Below, in pieces: positions 25,252 through 59,900 of a stretch of DNA of 64,000 nt. The stretch comes from Lingula anatina (lineage: Eukaryota; Animalia; Brachiopoda): positions 10,602,001-10,666,000 of the forward strand of contig CM120641.1 of assembly GCA_051362555.1 (NCBI GenBank), written 5' to 3'. The notes beneath the pieces are model-generated. The model did not search any database and was not told the origin of the DNA. It saw only the letters and a program-made list of their open reading frames with translations. The position numbers and the translations under genes were made by a program. Numbering within the stretch: position 1 is the stretch's first letter; the number at the start of each line of letters is the position of its first letter.

Positions 25252-26184
25252 AGACTCCGAAACAATTGACTTTGAAGGATGACTATACCTCATCATATTC
25301 TGAGATAAATAGACTTTGTTCTAGAGTATTTATATCTTAATATAGAATGCAGCATATTTTTAGACTGTCCTACCACAAAGTCTGAGTTGTTCAGAGTGTT
25401 TGTACTTAAGATTGTTTAGTGGAAATTCATTTATATATATTTTTGTAGGCAAGTTATAGGTATATTGTCAGTTACATGATCTCGCTACTATTCTCCAGAA
25501 CACTAAGATGATTTGGTGTAACTGAGAGCTTTACATATTATCTATTACTACAGCACTGTAGTTTTTTCCTGTACTAATATTATATTTTATACATGTTGTG
25601 CACATAAATGTTTTAGATGGCAGCTGTTTTTTTGCTGTATTTTGTACTGTACTTTTTAAGTTTACTATTCTCTAGAAATGATATTAGGGCTTTCTTTAGT
25701 ATTTTTTTTAAAGTCTGGTTTATCACAACAAAACCAGTTTGTGAATTTTCAGTAACATTGTATACAATTTGTATTGCATTGATGAACCTTTGGATGTTTC
25801 TAAGTCATTTTTTTTTGTTGTTTACACTCCTATACCATTTCTGGTGCAGATCCATTATTAGAGATGGTTGTGAAATTGACTCATTAATGGTCCAGAACTT
25901 AATCAATTTTTCCTTTTTTGCAATATTTTGATCAAATTTTATGTAACTTGCATTAATGGACGTGGTGCTTGGTTAAGAGAGTAATCAAATTTTCTTTTTT
26001 ACAAATTAGCAAGAAATGGTGCAAGCATATCAAGCAGGTTTTCATTTTGTTTCAGGACGATGTATTGCATCTGTACTAGAAGTTTTTTTACTTCCAGGCA
26101 TTGGACCAAACTTGTGGAATTTGAATCATTCACAATATCTGAATCTGTTGTACTTAATTTTGTTCTTTGAATAAGTAAAAAAAA

Positions 26185-26224
26185 AATAAAGAAATGTTGT
26201 AAGCCATTACATACTATATTTATT
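26185..26224. terminator. Facing polyadenylation signals of ENOPH1 (AATAAA, + 26185-26190) and KLC (AATAAA, - 26219-26224)
   Basis: Two opposite AATAAA hexamers 28 nt apart, where plus-strand composition flips from T-rich (ENOPH1 3'UTR) to A-rich (KLC 3'UTR). Confidence 0.5.
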
Positions 26225-28158
26225 TCATAGGAAATTGACAAATACGGAAACCAAGACCAACTCCAACATAAAGGTCGTCAGTTCAGAGAAAGCAATTTGT
26301 GTTGAATTGTCAAATCTACAAAAAGGCCTTCATAAACTAGATTACTTAATAGTCCCACCATCTTTACATTAAAAAGAAAGAACATAATTATTAAAATCTG
26401 TACTGAAAAGATTTGTTTCTTGAATTAGAATTGATATATAAATTGTACAGATCTGTACTGGAAAAGGGATAACATTATCAGTTTTGGCTAGACCCCGATT
26501 TATGAAGGCCCCATGTACTACAAATGTTTGCATTCACTGCAAATTAACTGCAAATTTTCTTGAATGAAACCATCAGAACACTGTTGTAGATTAAATACTC
26601 TTCACCTGTTACCAAACCAAAAACATCTTTCGCCCAAGTATAAGTAAACAAAAATAAGAGGTAACGTAACAAAATGCATCTTTTTCAAGCTGACCAAAGA
26701 CTAAGGTTCCTCAATAAATCAAATGTAAGAATGTGCCTTTTCAAAGTGAATGACCTGCTTCAGTTTTACTAGACAACTAGTCTCAAGACCTCTCCCAATC
26801 TTATAACAATGGTACATCAGCAAGTTATAAGTACTCTTGCCCTTATGGAATGTAAAAATTACTGACAATTCCATTTACCACATTGCCCCAGTGAAGTCCA
26901 GACACCTGACAGAACACACCATGGTATGGTACCATCATCTGATAATAGCAAACATGGTTGTCATTGCATTAAGATGTCTGCTTCTCGTAAATCTAAAATG
27001 AAGCTGCCCTTACTTTCTTAGCTAGATTTTCTAACAAGGGAAAGTTGGCAGCTTCCTCGAAATACAACATCCTTTGTTGTCGAAACCATACAATGAAGAC
27101 AGTACTTAATAATGAACATGCTGAAGCTATAACTAACTTCTACCCAAGCTTCCAATTTTGGATTCAAGGGGCCCAAGATTCCAGGGTCCCAACTAGAATG
27201 TAAATTTACCCTATTAGCACCATTTTGAAAATTTAATAGTCATCTAGTACTGTCTTTCTGGATCATAATGTGTTTGTCTTGCCATTCACTTCCACCCACA
27301 TCTTCTAAATATAATAACCCAATCAAATAACCCAATTAATTTAAGTGCAGTGCTTGAGCATTGTACAACATAATAAATTACATGAACATCCTTTGAATTT
27401 GTATAATTATTCAGCTTAAATTCACATTTGTACCAACTTGTTTTTACAATGAAGTAGGTTACTAGCACATATTGACAGAAAAGCTGGATATTGGTACTTT
27501 AATTATATTGGGGACAGCACTACAAATTCCTACAATTATGAACTAAACATTTATACTTTCATAAAGAGACAAGTTCCTTTCATACTGTCCATTGCTCTTG
27601 GCTATATATCAAGCAGTACCTTTTTGCATCGTGACAAGAAAAGGGAAAAACATTGAACTCTGTGGTGCTGTCCCAAACCACCAAGATAAACTATTTGTAT
27701 TGAGAACTTTTAGCCATTACACACTCCAGCAATGATAAATCTACATTTAATAATGTCCAAGGTCCAAATTTGGCATTTCAGTAGCCAGCTGATCAAGATA
27801 CTCGATATAAGGATACCCTACAGCAAGAACAACAATCATTTGGTGTTTGTATTATTAAAGAGATTAAGTTTTCAATTCCATTTTCAATGGTTTGCAAGCA
27901 GTGCTTATTCCTTTAACACAGCACATTCAAGAGAAGCTGTCAAAATGATGTATACAAGAGAAATAAATGCATTTACAACTTCAAGGCCATGTAAAGCAGA
28001 CAGGCAAAAATATATACAGCTCTCAATGTCCAAGGTGAATGAATATCTTGATCAGCTGGCTGCTATGTTGATTTCATTTGGTTTATGTCCACATTCATAC
28101 ATTCTGTATAGCAGTACACTCAGTCTACTTTACATTAAATATACAACAAAAGGAAGCA

Positions 28159-51594
<23,436 letters not shown>

Positions 51595-53379
51595 GACTGT
51601 CATTAGATCATGCACTTAATGTTCAAAACATGTCCTGAAATACACAGAAAGCACATGCAATAGGCAACATAAAACAAGCAATACATGAAATAAGACAATT
51701 ACTCCACATTCAAGAAAAAAAATTTAAACATGCACCATCAAAGCACCAAGTGATGGACTACCAAACAATAAACATACATTTAAAACAGTACTAGTACATT
51801 ATGTGACAAGACTATTGCAATATGTTCTAAAATCCACAGAATATACTTTCATCAGATGCAATTTCTACAAAAAATATTAATTAATCATATATCACATAAT
51901 TAAATAAAACAAAACTAACTTTCTACCTAGCTTCATTATTACTACAAATTAAAACATGCAATTTGGTGTCTTTAAGTAGGATGCTTTAAAATAAAACATT
52001 CTCAAACACCCCTCTTGACACAAAATTTCATATTTCTGAAACAATAATAATAAACACAAGTAACATAATTTATCATCATGAATTAAGTAATCTGGCATTT
52101 ACATTGGAAACATGAACAATGAACACAGGCACGTCCACTTTTTCACACACCAAGATGTTATCCATCTTGTGACCTGCGTTAAGCAGAAATGTATACAAAT
52201 TCTCTTATCAGTTAGTAACCTAGTACCAAAAAGCAATTTATCAGTTTTGGTTTAAACATCTAAACCACATTAGTAATTTCTTTAATGCTTGCAGATTAAA
52301 TAAACTAGCGCAGATCAAAACTCCTTCATTGTTTTTTTTTTCCTTAGAACTTTTCTAGCGGTAGAGGCAGTTTACAATATGATAAGAGCTCAAAAATCTG
52401 GAAGCTGAAAAACTGGACCGACAAAATAAGTTGAAATTCAACAACAGTCCCCAAACTACTTTTCATGAAGAGTAGCTTGATTTGAAACAACACTATTGTA
52501 CGCCTCTCTGGCAAGGCTTTCCCCAGAGAGCTCTCAGCAGTCATATAGAGGGCCATTAGGCCTCGTAGGATGGCCTGTATTTCCAAAGACGGCTGGACGC
52601 CTAAAATTTTTGCTTGGGTTGGACTCCCTGTAAATTGATGACCAAATTATAGATTCACATTTTGAACTACCAGATCCTGTACCCAGAGCCTGAGGAAACC
52701 CCTGTTCTCTGGCAACTAGATTTTCATTCCAGAATACCCAAATAGAGCTCATGATTTCTAAGTATCAATGATTATGAGTGTTATTCAAAGTATGAAGAGA
52801 TTTATTTCTCTAAATTTTAATAAGAGTGGTAATTTACAATAAAACAATGAGAAAGGCTATGCCTATGCTTCACCTAGTACCATTCTAACGAATAAAGTAT
52901 TCCAACTAAATTAAGATAATAATACTACTAATATTTGAATGCATTTGGGAAGCCTATGGCATCCTATCATGAATATAATTGTGTCCACATTGAAAAAGAA
53001 ACCACATTTTGCATGCAAAGTAATTTTTGAGACATTTATGGGTTGGTACAATCCAATGACAACGTCAAGTCAGTAAAAATGGATTTATAGTGCTTTGTAA
53101 CTCTACTGTCAAGATCTTATTACTTACGCTGTTTAATAAATGTGAGGTTAGTTAGTGAGGCTTGGGGTCCTAGATCCTTGGCAGTGACCGACAAAAAATG
53201 TTTTGGTGGGTGAACTCAATAAAGTATGGAACTATAAATGTACAGACTGTATGTTGTCGTTGACAACTTAGGTGGATCGGTAACGTGAATTTTACTTCCG
53301 CATCAAGTTCAACATTCCTGTGACACAACTAAATATCTCGCAAGTTCATCAGCTCCTTCCTATATCTCTACGTCATTGT

Positions 53380-53530
53380 TATACACTACCATAAGGCAAA
53401 TAAGTACATTAGAAAAGCGTTGGTCTTGATCAAATGCCCAGCCCAACCGTCCTTCTTTCCTTCTAGTCCCAAGATGGCGGCCTGCAGGTGATGTAGACAT
53501 CACGCGAGATTGTACGAGATTATTCTCGTA
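53380..53530 (-). promoter_or_regulatory. Probable distal KLC promoter / TSS region
   Basis: YY1 motif AAGATGGCGGC at 53471-53481 and a TCTCGCGAGA-like tcacgcgaga at about 53500-53509 in a CpG-richer patch upstream of the 5'-most KLC exon. Confidence 0.5.
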
Positions 53531-53730
53531 AAGTTTTCCCCTCTCTTTCTACTGTTTCAATAAATTTTCACATTTGCTTAAAGATATTTTGCCAATTTTC
53601 ATTTATTTTCCTTTTCTCCTAGTTTCTTTATTTGATCTCTTTTCCCCTATTTTCTGCCAGTTTAAAAATCAATCCCAATATATTAGAGCGTTGACTTAGT
53701 TTGATGACGAGCACTCAGTATAGCCTCACT

Positions 53731-54301
53731 CAGTGGCGGATTTAGGGGGATGATAGGGGGGTCCTGACCCCCCTTCGCAATTTCAGTGAAAAAATCACAC
53801 CAATGGTCCCCTCTTGAAATTAGATTTTTGACTAGCTGAATCATAGTTTTAAACGGGGGGTCTCGATAGTCCGAATTAAGGTCATAATTGGTCCGAAAAA
53901 TGGTAACATTTTTCATTGTTTTTTTTTAATCAAGGGTTCATTGGTCCGAAGGTTCTTTAGTGAACATTCGGACCAATGAACCGTTGGACTATTGAAGCCC
54001 TCTTTTTATCCTCCAGCCTCCTGACTATATATATCTACGGTCCCCCCCCCCCCCCCCCCCCCCAAATGGCCCTCTAAAATACCAATTTTTTTCGGGGAAT
54101 GCTGTTCGTCTAAGTTACTCATTATTTGGAAACGTATAACTTTTCACGCGCCTACTTTTTACTAGCTGTAATAATATTTGATAAATATGAGTAATTTTAC
54201 ATTAAATGGGACCGAAATGGGGTGCGTTTGCATGGACTGCGGATCCCCCCCCCCCCCTTTATATGCCTCCTCCACCCTGATATCCTTGATCTGGCAGTTC
54301 T
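53731..54301. mobile_element. Degenerate non-autonomous DNA transposon (hAT-MITE-like CAGTGGCGGAT terminus) between KLC and eIF5
   Basis: Starts cagtggcggatttaggggg...ggggtcctgacccccc; contains a perfect 16-bp inverted repeat ggttcattggtccgaa (53935-53950) / ttcggaccaatgaacc (53967-53982) and poly-C tracts. The right terminus is poorly preserved. Confidence 0.5.
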
Positions 54302-54581
54302 GTACAAAAATAATACACCATTCAAATAATCATATAATGCAACTCATAAAACTGTCGCAGGTACCGTCAAAGAAAAAAGTTCAAATCGTTTCAGAACACA
54401 TGCATGAGCTTATAAATACGAGTAGGCCTACTGAGTAGGCTATATATGCCGAGCGCTTTTTGTTTTATTGAAGAGCTATATATGTGTCAGTTCACTAGAG
54501 AGTTGGATAATTTTAATCATTTAAATAACTGTCTATTAACTTATAGTTTGAGTATAAGCCTATTATTATTATTATTATTAT

Positions 54582-54612
<31 letters not shown>

Positions 54613-55199
54613 GTGTGTTGTTGTTGACAAATTTCCCAATCTTGCAATTGACAACGCAACAGAAAGTCAAGATATACTATATAGCCGAATACTAGTAGTC
54701 TAGAAATGAAGAACGCGTTTGGTACATTTAGAGTAGGCGTACGTGCACGTTTTTACTTATAAACTTTGTGCTGGGTAGCTTTTTTTTTTTTTCCAGAAAA
54801 TGTTACGCGCTTCCTTGTGCATGGTAAATCTTCATTTTTTTTTCCAGTGGTTAGTAGCTGAATTGTTCGAAATGTGACGGGGATGCCATAATTATAATGA
54901 GTATCCACACCACGTCTCTGGGTTTTAATCCTACACTGTACATGTAGGGCCCTACGGGGTCCTATAGGGGCCTACTTTTTAAAAAACGTGGGGGAATTTA
55001 CACACGGCGCCCTATTCGTCTTATTCGGACCCCATCACCTTCAAACTTCGACCATAGTCATGATTTTTTTTACTATAAGAAAGCCTTCAGTAAACTGTTG
55101 ATTGTAGTTATTTAAAAGCAATATAACGTAATTTTTTTTCAATTTTTATTGAACACCCAGTGCCACCTTTTGGTGAACCATCGACCTGTGTCGTCATGA

Positions 55200-56888
55200 T
55201 TAGCGACGTCACCATCCGGGTATTTCCTCATCGCCAAGAATCATAAGGTATGATAATGTGTTCATCGATATCGTGATTTAACATCTATCCCAGTAGCTTT
55301 ATTAAGCAATTTACCATACTTATTAAAGGACGATGTTCGAAGTTCTAAACTTGATCTTTATTTTTTAGATTCTGGTGTCTGTCCGTCGGAGAAAATCGAC
55401 AGAGTGCGAGCAATCTTCGGGACCTTGTCCCAGCGCCATATTTTCACCACGCCACGTTTTTTCTTTTCCAAATATTCCAGCGTTTTTATGACTTTTTCGC
55501 GACAAAAAGGTAAGAGAAAATCTGTAATTCCATGAACACTTTCTTAATTGTCTTTGGTAGCTTATGACAATGCTAATTTATATTTGGACAGGTAGCTGTC
55601 ATTACGCCGTATGGTTAGTGTGACGACAATGTCAAATGACGACGGCTGTTTTTACTGCGTCTCAACATTTATTCTCGACACAGGAGGCAATGTTTTTGTA
55701 TAAAGCAGTATTTAAATTGCATGTTGGAAAATTATAATGTCAATCTTTAGTGTTATGTACACATTTCAAAACATTCATTGTCAGAATTACATTATCATGT
55801 CTACATCACCTTTTTTGCAGCCCCTTTTCTGACTTGCATTATTATTATGACACCGAATACTATGCTGCCCGTCCTTTCCATATAAAAAAGGAAAGGAAAT
55901 ATAATATGATAAAGATTAAGGATGATTGATCTGTGAGAAATTCTGTGGTCTTACACCTTCAGTGTGCAGAATAACCTAGGCCTATGTGACAAAGGAAACA
56001 AAATGAAATGAAAACCTGCAATATGAAAGTAATATGAAAGAATAGTGATCAGTTTATCAGTAGAAGTTTTTGACCTGTTTATATATTTAATTGGATATAT
56101 ATTACAAAAGTTTAATGGTGATAGCTGAGAACATAAATTATTTAGCAGTTAGCCAGATCTGTTTCATTTCTGCTCCAAAAAAGGGCACCCTGAAGTTGTT
56201 ATACAATATCAGTAAAATTATCAGCATGACAAACACTTATCAATAAGGTCACAATATCACATCAACCTGCAATTTGAATGAATTGATGTTTTCCAACTAG
56301 CTAAAAGTCCTCATTATTTCTATGCACCCTATCAATATCTGTATATCTAACTAAATATACTGATGCTGATATAGTGAGGTTGTCCAACTAGAATGTCATC
56401 CATGGGAAAATTCACTAGTGATATTAAAGGACATAGTTGTAGCTGTAATATTTACCACAGACACCTTGAGGTATCAAAATTGAAACCTCTGGTATTTTCA
56501 GTGCTTGCTACTAATTCCCAGGCAACTGTCATAGGCTGACACAATACTAAAGAAATTAAAGAATGATAAAACAGTTGATAAAATTCATAATATGATTGAA
56601 TGCTCTCATGCAAGTTTAAATCGGGGATTTTTACACAATACAAAGAGCACATGCCTTTTCAAACTGAAATGTGTAATATCGGATTACATCTTTTTATTGC
56701 TTTTTCTTTTTCTTTTCAGTTCTACCTCCGTGCCGTTTGCTCGACACAGGTCATAAAATAAAAGAGACTATAAAAATCCCAACAACAAATTTTTATATGA
56801 AATTCAGCAAGAATTGCCGTCCTCGTGATTATCGTGGTAATTTAGGAAGTATTTGTAGTAGACATAAACTATATAGAAGTACGGCATC
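55200..56888 (+). promoter_or_regulatory. eIF5 promoter and spliced 5' leader (exon 1 ending 55247, exon 2 55369-55509, exon 3 from 56720)
   Basis: CRE-like GACGTCA at about 55205; donors aag|gtatga (55247) and aag|gtaaga (55509); polypyrimidine acceptors before 55369 and 56720. Confidence 0.7.
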
Positions 56889-56955
56889 ATGGCTCTCAAT
56901 GTCAACAGAAATGTCTCCGATCAGTTCTACCGCTACAAGATGCCACGGCTCATAG
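55488..56955 (+). promoter_or_regulatory. Inhibitory overlapping uORF of eIF5 with two poor-context AUGs
   Basis: tttATGa (55488) spliced 55509 to 56720 is in frame with tatATGa (56797) and runs to TAG 56953-56955, out of frame over the main atcATGg (56889). Confidence 0.85.
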
Positions 56956-59900
56956 CCAAGGTGAGTTTAAAAGTAATAATCTATAAATTTGTTTGTAATC
57001 GTAAGTAGGTAAAATGTAGTGTATCAAATCCAATCATTAAATGTATCCAGCTTAACCTAGCATGGCACACCTTAGTTTGTGATTCAGCCTGTTGAATTAC
57101 AATTGTTGGACAAATGAAATGTATGAGCAAATGCTTTGACAGAGTGTTAACATATATTGAAATGCAAGTGCTCTTGCATGAGTTTTTATGTTATACTGAA
57201 TTGCCCATTTGGATGTTTAAAGTTTGTGTAGATCAGTTTCTAACATTGAGCTTTGGGCAAAACCTAATTTTTTATTTATCTGAAAATTCAGCATTGTAGT
57301 CAATCACTTAATTTCACAGAAATTTTCTTTTATGTAAGAACATGTTAGTAGAGCAACCTTGATAAGCTTCTGAGATGCAATGTATGTTATTTATAGCACA
57401 TAATGACATTTCCTGTATCTGCCCATAAAACAGATTGTTGGGTTAATGGATGAGATATTATTCACATAGAATAATAGGTTCAACATTATATTGGGGAAAG
57501 TACATTTTCTGTGGAATAGTATTTAAAAAAATACCAATGGTTGAGCACATCTGTTTATGCCATGCAAATGTCATTCTATTTCTTATGCTGATTACAGGTC
57601 TGCAAGGAGCCCTGATTCACAAACCAACTTGCATACTAATGTATTACTAAATGCACTGAATTTCTCTCTTAATGCTTCAGTCATTATTTTTGTCAGGTTG
57701 AGGGAAAGGGAAATGGTATCAAAACTGTCATTGCAAACATGCCTGAAGTTGCAAAGGCACTGGGAAGACCTCCCACTTGTAAGTGAACAACTTATTTTAT
57801 TTACACTGCAATGTAAAGATTTCTTTTGATGGTAACTAACAGAGCCAATACTGACATAATATATTTTAAATCATCTAATTTGAAAAAATATATATTATAG
57901 AATACTATCCTTATTTTTATACATGGCATTACAGACCCTACTAAGTTTTTTGGTTGTGAGTTGGGTGCCCAAACACAATTTGACTTAAAAAATGAGCGCT
58001 TCATTGTGAATGGTGCCCATGACTCTGCCAAACTACAGGATTTGCTGGATGGCTTTATCAAGAAGTTTGTGCTCTGCCCAGAGTGTGAAAATCCAGAAAC
58101 CTTACTGGTGAGTTGTGTAAATTTGGTAATTGGATTTTTTTCTCGTTTGGTGTCCCTGATGCAATTGTTATCAGCTGTTGTAATCCTCATGTGTTACTTT
58201 GTTGCAGACTATTTCTTGCTATCCATTGAAGTACTTCCCTCTCTTACGTGACATTTTAATCTTTCTGACCCAGTTTTTATGAATTTGTTACAAAGCCTGT
58301 TACATTCTATTAAATTGGCAATTGCTTATATATACTGGAATATAAGAGTGGCCAGTTCAAGTATCTTGACCTATCAATTTTGTTCCCTTTTTGCTTTTCA
58401 GAGCATCAGCCAAAAACGTCAGCAGATTGGTCAACGTTGCAGTGCCTGTGGTTACACTGGCATGGTGGATATGACACACAAGCTTACCACATACATACTG
58501 AAGAACCCACCTGAGCCCGTAAGTGACTGTTCATTTCCTGACTGTATTGCAGACCATGAACTGTTTTCACACACACTGACCTCAGACTGAAAGTTCAATT
58601 TGATGCATTTTATTTATTTTATTTTTTTTACAGATTTAACTTTGATTATATTTAGATTATATATATATATTAGACTGTACCTGGTGAAATGATTTTAAAA
58701 GTAATGTTCTGTAATTGATTTTTTTCTTTCAAGGAACCAAGCACTGGACTGACACCAATTAAGAAAGAGAAGCGTAGCAAGAAGGGTAGGTCCAAGGATG
58801 AGAAGGAGATGAACGGAGGTGATGGAGAGAACGCCCCCTCCAGTCCTGAGATCAAAGAACTCAATGCCCAGGAGCAGAGTGCTGCAATCCGGTCTGGGGA
58901 AGCCAACTTTGATCAATCCCAACCAGAGGTAAGGGAATTGTCATTGTATGCTGGTACTTGCAAATTAGTTACAAGACATCTTGTTTCAATTCAGAATTTT
59001 GACAAACTTTACCTTTTTTGTTGCCTTTCTTGAAAAGTGATTGAAATTTTGTACTCATTTGTAGACTGATGGCGGGGATGATGCTGATTGGGGTGAAGAT
59101 GTCAGTGAAGAGGCTGTGAAGAAGAGGATGGAAGAACTGTCTACTGCTGCACAAACCCTGGCACTTACTGAGGACTTGGAGAAAACGCCAAAGGAGAGAG
59201 CAGACCTGTTCTATTCCTTTGTGAAGGTACAAAGCAGATGAGTGCACTTACATGAGTGATTTCTAACTGATATGAAAATATTTTATTATCAGAATGTTTA
59301 GATATTTTTTTCTAATAATTTTCATATTGTACACCAGTTTGCTAAAAATTGATTGATTGTTATTGTTTACAATATTGTAGAATTATTATTATTATTAACA
59401 ATTTGTATTTATTTTAGAACAAAAAGGAGTCTGGCAATCTTATTGGCTCTGACAAGGAAATATTAGCAGAAGCAGAGAAACTAGAAGTCAAAGACAAGGC
59501 ACCACTCATTTTGTGTGAGGTCCTGCTGTCGGAAAATATTGTTAAAGAGTTGAAAGATTACCGTCTAATTTTCCTGAGGGTAAGGATTTTTCTTAAGATA
59601 ATTGAACTTCTGATAATTATGTTAAGGTCTCACAGATAATCTTTTTTGTTATGAGTTTGTAAAATTTTGAATTAATGGGTAATTAAAAAGAAAGGGTTAA
59701 ATGAAAATAATAATTTAACTTGGTTAGATGAAATAAAAATATGAAAAGTAGAATCTTCTTTTTTCAGTGTTGCACAGAAAACATTCCTACATGACTGAAT
59801 AGACTTATACAACAGGAGCAGCCAGCTAGTTCCTTGAAATAATGTTCAACTCAATTTACGTTAATGGACAATTCTACCTTTCAGATCACTAACCAGAACC

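Noticed and set aside
25054-25296. Ser-rich and Phe/Leu-rich minus-strand ORFs
   Set aside because: They are the antisense shadow of the ENOPH1 acidic tail; the same applies to plus-strand ORFs 39979-40182 and 40270-40527 opposite the KLC exons.
52345-52750. GC-richer patch with short ORFs and small inverted repeats, possibly a transposon relic
   Set aside because: No termini, TSD or protein motif could be identified by eye.
57046-57180. Two adjacent imperfect hairpins in an eIF5 intron as a possible H/ACA snoRNA (human EIF5 hosts one); ttaacc and gacaaat complement 18S AUUUGUCUGGUUAA
   Set aside because: No correctly placed terminal ACA box after the second hairpin and the pocket geometry is ambiguous. 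It needs an Infernal/snoReport run; similar weak candidates near 58150-58256 and 59745-59812 were also not accepted.
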